Both the position numbers and the translations under genes were made by a program. A stretch of 62,741 bases of DNA, the filler included. It is 8 parts of 8 records of this genome, joined end to end, with 100 filler letters (N's around TTAATTAATTAA, not from the genome) between each part and the next. Parts side by side here need not be neighbours in the genome. Positions count along the whole stretch, not along the records: positions 13,150 to 20,123 come from SRR31147125_10234; positions 20,224 to 25,939 come from SRR31147125_10241; 6 more parts are not named here. One strand, written 5' to 3'. The stretch's first letter is position 1. Each line of letters begins with the position of its first letter. Below, piece by piece: positions 13,150-20,510 of this stretch. The notes under the pieces are model-generated. The model did no database searches. It had not been told where the DNA came from and worked only from the letters and a program-made list of their open reading frames with translations.

Positions 13150-13551
13150 AATGTTTCCGGCGGTTGGGAGCTTCGAAACCGATATTATAAGAACTCAGCA
13201 GCCCCTAAAGATTATGCCTTTTTCACAACACAGAAACAAATGTTGAGTGTAACCGAAGGCATGTTCGATTTTTTTAGCTTACTCACTCTTTATCCCGACT
13301 TGCCTCAGAAATCAGATTTCCTCGTGTTGAATTCAGTTTCGTTTGTTAACCGCATCCAAAAAATTGTTTTGCCTTATTCAAAAGTGGGACTCTACCTCGA
13401 TAACGATATGGCAGGAAAAAACGCAACGATAAAGTTATTGGCTCACCTCTCGAACAGTGTCGATATGTCGGCCCTTTACGACGGTAAAAAAGATTTGAAC
13501 CAGCTATTGGTAGCCCGTGGGCAACGCCGGCATAACCTTCGGGGTTGGTAA
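13150..13551 (+). CDS. Toprim-domain DNA primase-like protein of Bacteroidota mobile elements, 5'-truncated
   Basis: Frame is open from the contig edge: NVSGGWELRNRYYKNSAAPKD...EGMFDFFS...LVLNSVS...LYLDNDMAG (Toprim E and DxD). Confidence 0.8.
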   Translation, partial: NVSGGWELRNRYYKNSAAPKDYAFFTTQKQMLSVTEGMFDFFSLLTLYPDLPQKSDFLVLNSVSFVNRIQKIVLPYSKVGLYLDNDMAGKNATIKLLAHLSNSVDMSALYDGKKDLNQLLVARGQRRHNLRGW

Positions 13552-13554
13552 TTT

Positions 13555-13600
13555 CAAGAGGTGTCAACGTTGCACTTTTGACAACTCTTGCTTTGCTCCC
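13555..13600. promoter_or_regulatory. Putative oriT (inverted repeat directly upstream of mobC/relaxase)
   Basis: CAAGAGGTGTCAA-N10-TTGACAACTCTTG (13-bp arms, 1 mismatch) followed by CTTTGCTCCC; position is typical of an oriT. Confidence 0.55.
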
Positions 13601-13658
13601 AGGCTCGCAAAGGGGCGCACAGCGCAGGTAATGTTTAATGCTTAAAAGTTTAACAATT

Positions 13659-13973
13659 ATGAATGTTCGTACTAAATATATTTCGTTTCGGGTAAGTAAT
13701 ATTGAAAAGAAAGCCATTGCCCTGGCAGCAAAAGAATGTGGATTAAGTACCAGTGAGTTTGCCCGACGGGCATCACTGAATATGAAAGTAACTCTTCGGT
13801 TTTCTCCCGAAGAACTGGAGGTGTACAACAACCTGCATACATACCACCTAAATTTTAAAACCATTAGCAACCTGATAAAAAGTGACCGTTTTAAAAAGAA
13901 TGAAATTATTCTGCTGGAACTGGAACAAGTAATAAAACTAATAAAAAGTCATCTCGGAAAATTTGAGCAATGA
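13659..13973 (+). CDS. Ribbon-helix-helix mobilization accessory protein (MobC/MobA-like)
   Basis: RTKYISFRVSNIEKKAI...AKECGLSTSEFAR pattern; ATGA overlap with the relaxase start. Confidence 0.85.
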   Translation: MNVRTKYISFRVSNIEKKAIALAAKECGLSTSEFARRASLNMKVTLRFSPEELEVYNNLHTYHLNFKTISNLIKSDRFKKNEIILLELEQVIKLIKSHLGKFEQ

Positions 13974-14755
13974 TTGGGAAAGCAGGGAGCATATCGCACA
14001 CAGCAAATGGGGTAAACTATGCCATGCAGAAACCGGGCGCAAAGGAAATATGCCGGAATAAAATAATTGGACAAACCGGAAAAGAAATTGCCAAAGAGTT
14101 TCGGGTATTTCAGAATATGAATGCCCGATGTGTAAGAAATACTATTTCAATGGTGCTTAGTCCGACTATTGCTGATGGCAACAAACTAAGTAATGCGGAC
14201 TTTGCCCGTCTTACCGATGATTTTCTGGAACGGATGGATTTGAAAGAACACCAGTTTATTTCTGTTTTGCATACCGATAAGGAGCATAACCACCTTCACA
14301 TTTTTGTGAATCGAATCGACTATGACGGCAAAGCCTATAAAGACAAATATATCAGCAAAAAAGCACAGCGAATTGCCCAAAGCATTGCAAAGGACTGGGG
14401 ATTTACCACTGCCAAAGAAATTCAACAACAGAAAGAAGACCGGTTGGGCCGGCAAATAAAAGATGCCCATGAAAAAATTTTACCACAAATGCCGAAAGAT
14501 ATTTTTGAATATGCCGAACGAATGAAACAGTATGGAATAAGAATGCAGCTAAAACAGGCAACTGGAGGAAGAGTCGTTGGAGCGAAATTTCAGATTGGGG
14601 AGGAGTCCATAAAAGCCAGTTCAGTTGACCGCTCGTTTAGTGCTGCCAAATTACAAAAGATAATACAAGAAAGTTTTGATGCGCTGAGCTATGCACAAGA
14701 ACAACGCCAACGACCAAAAATAAAATTGAAAAATAAACCACGATTTAGATTATAA
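13970..14755 (+). CDS. Relaxase/mobilization nuclease (MOBP-type)
   Basis: HUH motif LHTDKEHNHLHIFVNRI, N-terminal Tyr (VNYA), VLSP motif. Confidence 0.92.
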   Translation: MIGKAGSISHTANGVNYAMQKPGAKEICRNKIIGQTGKEIAKEFRVFQNMNARCVRNTISMVLSPTIADGNKLSNADFARLTDDFLERMDLKEHQFISVLHTDKEHNHLHIFVNRIDYDGKAYKDKYISKKAQRIAQSIAKDWGFTTAKEIQQQKEDRLGRQIKDAHEKILPQMPKDIFEYAERMKQYGIRMQLKQATGGRVVGAKFQIGEESIKASSVDRSFSAAKLQKIIQESFDALSYAQEQRQRPKIKLKNKPRFRL

Positions 14756-14759
14756 CACC

Positions 14760-15044
14760 ATGAGAAAAAATTTATCACAACAAAAGCTGTTGGAAATTTT
14801 AGTTGCAGAAATAGAATTGCTTCAGCAAACCAGTAAAAACATTAAGGAGGTGGCTCCTGAAATTGAGAAGCAGTTACATAAATTGAGGACCACAAAAGTT
14901 ACTATAGATGTCAATCCTGAAAAGCTTAAACCTTTGCTGGAGGAGCATAAGCAGGTATTGGAAAAATCTGTGGTTATTCCGAAGTGGTTTTTAATAGTGA
15001 TTGCCGGTACTTTATTTGTGTCTGTTCTTAATTGGTTTGTGTAG
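14760..15044 (+). CDS. Small coiled-coil protein with C-terminal TM helix, downstream of the relaxase
   Basis: 94 aa, hydrophobic C-terminus, operonic with the relaxase. Confidence 0.65.
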   Translation: MRKNLSQQKLLEILVAEIELLQQTSKNIKEVAPEIEKQLHKLRTTKVTIDVNPEKLKPLLEEHKQVLEKSVVIPKWFLIVIAGTLFVSVLNWFV

Positions 15045-15282
15045 TAATATTTTAATATTCTTCGGCATTACCGAAATATATTTTATTGGTATAGCACTTT
15101 GACCGAAGATATTATTATTGCTCTTGCTTTTCTTTTTTTCAATTACTACCTTTAATGTGAATTAGATCTAAAAACCAAAAGCCCATTCAATTTTAAAACC
15201 AGATAAAAACTTAGGTTATTTATATAGTAACCTATTGTGAAGCGAATGTTCAATTCAAATATTGACATCAGAATTGTAATAT

Positions 15283-15704
15283 ATGAATTCAAGAAGATTA
15301 TTCTTTAAACAATTTATTGGTCAGGTAGGTGTATTACGTGATGATTTAAGGGGGGTGGAAAATATACCTCTAAACCGGTTATGTGAACTGCCAGATGAAA
15401 TTATTGATGAAATTGAACCCATTTTTTTCCCGGAAGAGAAATGGAATAAAATTGAAAACTCAATTTGTCTTTTAAATTCTATAAATAATGAGAACGAAAG
15501 AATTTCACTCTCATCTGAAGAAGAGTTTGCCTTTAATTTTTTTATAGAAAATATCTCTTTAAAAGAAGTTTCAGACAAATTACATAATGCATTTGAAATT
15601 CAGCTTAATGAAGCCAGAGAAATATGCACCTCTCTTTTTTTCTCTTGGCATCCAATAGGATTTGTCATCCAAGAGAAATATATAAAATTGATGAATTAAA
15701 ATAG
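15283..15704 (+). CDS. Protein with C-terminal PqqD/RRE-like winged helix; probable frameshift in the T run at 15635-15641
   Basis: SLKEVSDKLHNAFEIQLNEAREICTSLFF, then with +1 T, LLASNRICHPREIYKIDELK* (stop 15702-15704); resembles the helical part of PqqD. Confidence 0.5.
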
Positions 15705-15711
15705 GACAAAA

Positions 15712-15972
15712 ATGAATAGCTTCCAAATACATCCTGATGTAAAGTATACAGTTGATATTAATGGAGTAGCTGTCGTAAAAGAAGGAAATACAATCAAAAG
15801 TTTCTTTTTTAAGTATCCTCAGGCTGCTGTTTGGCTATTGTTTATTGATAAACCAAATTTAAAGATAGCGAAGAAACAAGTTAAGGCAGTATTATCTGAT
15901 GGAGAACATAATCCAAAAAAAATTATTGCAGAATGCATAGAAAACTGGAAGGAGGCCGGATTATTAATTTAA
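15712..15972 (+). CDS. PqqD-family/RiPP recognition element (RRE)-like protein
   Basis: 86 aa; three beta-strand-like segments, then AAVWLLF...IIAECIENWKEAGLLI, the typical PqqD ending; 1 bp upstream of the radical SAM gene. Confidence 0.7.
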   Translation: MNSFQIHPDVKYTVDINGVAVVKEGNTIKSFFFKYPQAAVWLLFIDKPNLKIAKKQVKAVLSDGEHNPKKIIAECIENWKEAGLLI

Positions 15973-15973
15973 A

Positions 15974-16915
15974 ATGGCCAATCTTTCAATAACAAATAAA
16001 TGTAACAAGAAGTGTGTGTATTGTTTTGCCAACGATACCGTTAAAGAATTTGGGGTAACTCATATGGAAGATCCGGTTTTTGAGCAGGCACTTGATTATC
16101 TGGAACGTTCCGAATTAAAGCAGGTTCGATTACTAGGTGGCGAACCTACTCTTCATCCAAATTTTACTCACTTTGTAACAAAAGCCCTTGAACGGGACTT
16201 CGATATTCTTCTTTTTACCAATGGTCTTATAAACAACAAAGATCTACATTTTTTAAGTCAAATACCGGAAAACAAACTTTCTATACTTCTTAATACCATT
16301 CATCCAAACGAGAATAATCCAGCAGGAATAGAAAGACAAAAGCATACAATGGAAATTTTAGGTAAAAAAACTGTGGCAGGTGTCAATATTTTTTCTGATA
16401 ACCAGGATTTGAATTACTTATTAGATTATGTATTACAGTTTGGATTAAAAAAAGAAATACGTATAGGAATTTCGCATTCGATGCTAAGCAAAAATAACAA
16501 ATTTCTTCACCCAAAAGATTACAGAAAAATTGGGAGAAAGATTGCTGCTTTTAAACAAGTAGCATTGAAAGACGAAATTACTTTAGGATTTGATTGCGGT
16601 TTTGTGCCTTGTATGTTTCCCGAAGAATCTTTGAAAATGTTGGAAGAAGAGCTTAAAAAAGCCGGGAATTGTTGTCATCCAATTATTGATATGCTTACCG
16701 ACGGGACTTTTATTTCGTGTTATCCGTTAAATAATTTCTCGAAAATTAGAATTGATGAAAAAATAAATTCGAAAGGTGTAATTGAATTTTTTGAAAAAAA
16801 ATTAGAACCCTATAAGCAGGTTGGCATATTTCCCTATTGTAGTTCGTGCCAGCTTTTTAATAAACAATGTAATGGCGGATGCATGTCGTTTCGGATAGGA
16901 CGTTTTAGTAATTAA
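15974..16915 (+). CDS. Radical SAM enzyme with C-terminal SPASM-type auxiliary Fe-S domain
   Basis: CNKKCVYC (CxxxCxxC), LGGEPTLHP, FTNG; C-terminal CCHP...DGTFISC...CSSCQLFNKQCNGGC. Confidence 0.92.
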   Translation: MANLSITNKCNKKCVYCFANDTVKEFGVTHMEDPVFEQALDYLERSELKQVRLLGGEPTLHPNFTHFVTKALERDFDILLFTNGLINNKDLHFLSQIPENKLSILLNTIHPNENNPAGIERQKHTMEILGKKTVAGVNIFSDNQDLNYLLDYVLQFGLKKEIRIGISHSMLSKNNKFLHPKDYRKIGRKIAAFKQVALKDEITLGFDCGFVPCMFPEESLKMLEEELKKAGNCCHPIIDMLTDGTFISCYPLNNFSKIRIDEKINSKGVIEFFEKKLEPYKQVGIFPYCSSCQLFNKQCNGGCMSFRIGRFSN

Positions 16916-16955
16916 TGCAAAACAAATTACCTGAAAATATTAAAAAATACTGACA

Positions 16956-17434
16956 ATGACCAAAATTAATGAAGAACCAAAAATTTACGCTATTAATAGA
17001 GAAAAGAATGACAGTAGTATTACACGAAAGGAGTTTATAAAAAATGTATCTGTTCTTGGAGGAAGTCTATTTGCTTCATCTTGTGCTACTTTATATAATT
17101 CTTCTACAAGGTATACTAATAAAATGAAAGTGAGACAGATGAAAGAGGTTGCTAAAACCTATACCTTGCCTTGTGGTTCACCAATTCCTTCAAATGCTAT
17201 GTGTATTTGTAATTGTGTTGCTGCCTCAAAAACTTATTCCGGTACCGAAATGATTTGTACATGCGATACAATTACTTTAAGTAGAGGAACACATTTAAAA
17301 ATAATTGGACATGTGTATGCAATACTGTTAGAACGTGCACCTGTAATACCATTTGTTCCTGTGATTCGGTTAGCCGTACAACTTATCGTCCAACTTATCG
17401 TACGACTTATAGATCTTACTGGTATCCAAATTAA
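16956..17434 (+). CDS. Tat-like lipoprotein with Cys-rich (CxC-repeat) tail ending SYWYPN; probable radical SAM substrate; frameshift at ~17297-17301
   Basis: TRKEFIK, h-region and LFASSC lipobox. Adding one A in the A run continues NNWTCVCNTVRTCTCNTICSCDSVSRTTYRPTYRTTYRSYWYPN* (stop 17432-17434), collinear with the tail of the next gene. Confidence 0.8.
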
Positions 17435-17460
17435 TTTCTAAAAAAGTTAAATCCTTTATC

Positions 17461-18954
17461 ATGGAAGACAAAAATAAAGATAGAAAGTACAACGAATCAG
17501 ATAATAGATTGCAGGGCAGCAATAAAGGTAAGAATGAAAAACCCAAAATTTACGCCATAAAAAACAATGACAAAAGGGATAAACCGTTAACAAGAAAAGA
17601 GTTTCTAGGTACCGTTGCTGCAATAAGTGCGGGAGTTGTATTAAATCCTCCCAAAGCATTTTCTGAAAGAATATTAGACAATGGTAAAAACATAGAACGG
17701 TTTAAGACCCATTCCAGATCTGTTGTATCGGTTAGTTTTAGCCCTGATGGGAAAACACTTGCTTCAGGAAGTTACGATAATACTATTAAGCTGTGGTCTA
17801 TTCCCGATGGAAAATTATTAAAGACACTAGAGGCCCATTCTGAGAACATCCACTCGGTTACTTATAGTCCCGATGGGAAAATACTTGCTTCTGGCAGTAA
17901 TGATAATACTATTAAACTATGGTCTGTTCCCGATGGGAGACTCCTAAAAAAAATACAAGCCCATTCTGAGCAAATTTATTCAGTTAGTTTTAGCCCTAAT
18001 GGGAAAATACTTGCTTCTGGAAGTAGGAATGGCACCATTAAACTATGGTCTGTTGTCGAAGGGAAATTCATAAAAAATTTAGAAGGGCATTTTGATTGCG
18101 TCCGATCGCTTAGTTTTAGTCCTTACGGGAAAATACTGGCCTCAGGTAGTCGGGATAAAATTAAACTTTGGTCTATACCTGATGGGAGTATTTTAAAAAC
18201 ATTAGAAGCCCATTCTGAGGAGATTAAATCAGTTAGCTTTAGCCCTGATGGAAAAACACTTGCTTCAGGTAGTAATGATAATACTATTAAACTTTGGTCT
18301 ATACCTGATAGGAAACTCATTAAAAGAAGAAAAGGAGCTTTTGATTTCCATTCGGTAAGTGTTAGCCCAGATGGAAAAACACTTGCCTCCGGAGGTTCAG
18401 ATGACATCATTAGACTATGGTCTGTTCCTGATGTGAGACTCATTAAAAGAATAGAAGGACATACTAGTTCTGTCAAGTCTGTTACTTTTAGCCCTGATGG
18501 AAAAATACTTGCTTCAGGAAGTGAAGATAATACAGTGAGACTATGGGCTATACCTGAAGGAAGTCCTTGCTATGTACTTTTCGATCCGAAAATAACAGAA
18601 AAAACCGGAGGAAAGGAGCTAAAACAAATGGGCCCTGCAACAATTACCTTACCCTGTGGAACTCCAATACCTGAAGGGGCAACCTGTATTTGCGATTGTG
18701 TCGCAGCATCGAGAACCTACACCAGAACAGAAATGGTTTGTACATGCAATACCATTATGGTACCGGTTGGAACAAGTTTAACCGGGAATACTACCTGTGT
18801 TTGTAATACTATTACTGTTGGAACTAAGGCATCAACAAAGGTCTGTTCGTGTAATACTGTAGAAACTTGTTCTTGTAATAAGGTTTGTACCTGTGATACG
18901 GTAAGCACTCCTTCTTATTATACCTATTATACATCTTACTGGTATCCAAATTAG
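17461..18954 (+). CDS. Tat-like signal + 7 WD40 repeats + Cys-rich CxC-repeat tail ending SYWYPN
   Basis: LTRKEFLG and h-region; seven SFSPDGKxLASGSxDNTIKLW-type repeats; tail TLPCGTPIP...CICDC...CTCNT...CVCNT...CSCNT...CSCNK...CTCDT...YYTYYTSYWYPN. Confidence 0.92.
   Translation: MEDKNKDRKYNESDNRLQGSNKGKNEKPKIYAIKNNDKRDKPLTRKEFLGTVAAISAGVVLNPPKAFSERILDNGKNIERFKTHSRSVVSVSFSPDGKTLASGSYDNTIKLWSIPDGKLLKTLEAHSENIHSVTYSPDGKILASGSNDNTIKLWSVPDGRLLKKIQAHSEQIYSVSFSPNGKILASGSRNGTIKLWSVVEGKFIKNLEGHFDCVRSLSFSPYGKILASGSRDKIKLWSIPDGSILKTLEAHSEEIKSVSFSPDGKTLASGSNDNTIKLWSIPDRKLIKRRKGAFDFHSVSVSPDGKTLASGGSDDIIRLWSVPDVRLIKRIEGHTSSVKSVTFSPDGKILASGSEDNTVRLWAIPEGSPCYVLFDPKITEKTGGKELKQMGPATITLPCGTPIPEGATCICDCVAASRTYTRTEMVCTCNTIMVPVGTSLTGNTTCVCNTITVGTKASTKVCSCNTVETCSCNKVCTCDTVSTPSYYTYYTSYWYPN
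17707..18560 (+). repeat. Seven ~126-bp tandem WD40-encoding repeats
   Basis: Recurring TTTAGCCCTGATGG(G/A)AAAA(C/T)ACTTGCTTC...ATTAAACT(A/T)TGGTCT units. Confidence 0.85.
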
Positions 18955-18980
18955 TTTCTAGAACTGTTAAAACTTTTATC

Positions 18981-20123
18981 ATGGGAGATAAAAATAAGCA
19001 TAAAAAGAACAATGAACTAAATGATAAATTACATGGCAGCAATGAAAGTAAGAATGAAGAGCCTAAGATTTACAATATAAAAAAAACAGATAAATCCAAT
19101 CGGAGGGATTTTCTTAGAAATTCTATTGCTGCAGGTTCTACAGCCTTAACTTCAGGACTATTATCAGCATGTGAAAAAGAAGAGTCAAGATTTAAAGTTG
19201 TTCAGGAAATGAGAGTTGAAGGTATCTTTAAATTGGAAAATCTTTGTTTTAATAACGATGGTACAATTTTAGCATGTAACGGAAATAAGTTTGTTTATCT
19301 TTGGTCAATACCTGATGGAGAATTGCTGAAAAAAATTGAGTTGACCGTTGAATACTATCAGATATCTACTCTTATTTTCAGCCCCGACAATGAACATTTA
19401 TATATAGCCACTGCTCCTTCAAATATTTATATCATAAATACTAAAGATGGCAGTGTTATCAATACAATAGATAATGACTACGTTTTATCGCTGGCTGTGA
19501 ATAAAAGCAATACAATTTTAGCGTCATCGGACAATAAAAATAAAATCAAACTGTGGGATTTACCTAATGGAAACCTTTTAAAAAGTATTTCAGTTTCTCA
19601 TTACGCAAACAGTTTAAGCATAAACAGAGAAAGTAATGTATTAGCATCCGGACATAGAACATCAGGTACCTCTGGATTAATGAGTTTATGGTCAATTCCT
19701 GGTGGTGAACTGATAGATTCCTCAAGTGAAAATACTGGGTATTATTGGGTTCAGTTTAACCCGAAAAATAATACATTAGCATCAGCAGATTCTTGGGCAC
19801 GATTATATATTGTTAACCTAGATAATAAACAAACTTTAATTTCAGTAGATGCTTTTTCAAATTATATTAAACAAATTGATTATAGTTCAGATGGCGAATT
19901 AATTGCAACTATAGGCTATGATCTCGCTAGTAATGAAAAAGTGAAAATATGGAATACAAAAACATTAGAATTGGAAACATCTTTTAATGCACGTTTTTTG
20001 AGTGAAATAAAATTTCATCCTGATGGAAATATAATAGCTATTAATGAAGCTAGAGGTGACATTGATGAAAAAGCAGGTTGCATTACCCTATGGGCAGTTA
20101 GTTCAGGCGAACAAATTAAAACA
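18981..20123 (+). CDS. Tat lipoprotein with divergent WD40 beta-propeller, 3'-truncated at contig edge
   Basis: SNRRDFLR twin-arginine motif, LLSAC lipobox, degenerate WD40 repeats (LWSIPDG, KIKLWD, VKIWN); N-terminus homologous to that of 17461-18954. Confidence 0.85.
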
Positions 20124-20223
20124 NNNNNNNNNNNNNNNNNNNNNNNNNNNNNNNNNNNNNNNNNNNNTTAATTAATTAANNNNNNNNNNNNNNNNNNNNN
20201 NNNNNNNNNNNNNNNNNNNNNNN

Positions 20224-20250
20224 CGCCTTCAGCCGCTCGGCCACTCCTCC
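20224..20250 (-). tRNA. 5' part of a tRNA, probably tRNA-Ser, truncated by contig edge
   Basis: Reverse complement GGAGGAGTGGCCGAGCGGCTGAAGGCG matches a tRNA-Ser acceptor stem and D arm; anticodon not present. Confidence 0.75.
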
Positions 20251-20510
20251 GAATCGATTTGGTGCTTATAGCACTTTAGCCCCTTCAGGTCAATACCCGG
20301 ATCTGTTTTTTCATGATGAAAAAATATTGAAATATGATGAGTGCACTGTGGATCTATTCATTGACAGAAAGGATAATTGAACTATACTTAGTTATTTATT
20401 ATTTGGGCTATTTACCCCATGGATGGAGCACGCTTTTGAGAGCTCCATTTTTTATGATGGGCACAGGACGACTGGGGGAAAAACATCGGGTCGTGAATCT
20501 GGAGAAAAAT

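Larger units (their letters stand above)
13150..15044 (+). mobile_element. Mobilization module of a Bacteroidota mobilizable element (boundaries not visible)
   Basis: Toprim + inverted repeat + RHH protein + relaxase + small protein in canonical order. Confidence 0.75.

Noticed and set aside
13346-13870. 174-aa minus-strand ORF across the Toprim end, oriT and mobC
   Set aside because: Antisense to well-supported mobilization genes, with no recognisable features.
17707-18560. Regularly spaced DNA repeats as a CRISPR array or DGR
   Set aside because: They are in-frame ~126-bp WD40 coding repeats; no unique spacers, cas genes or reverse transcriptase are present.
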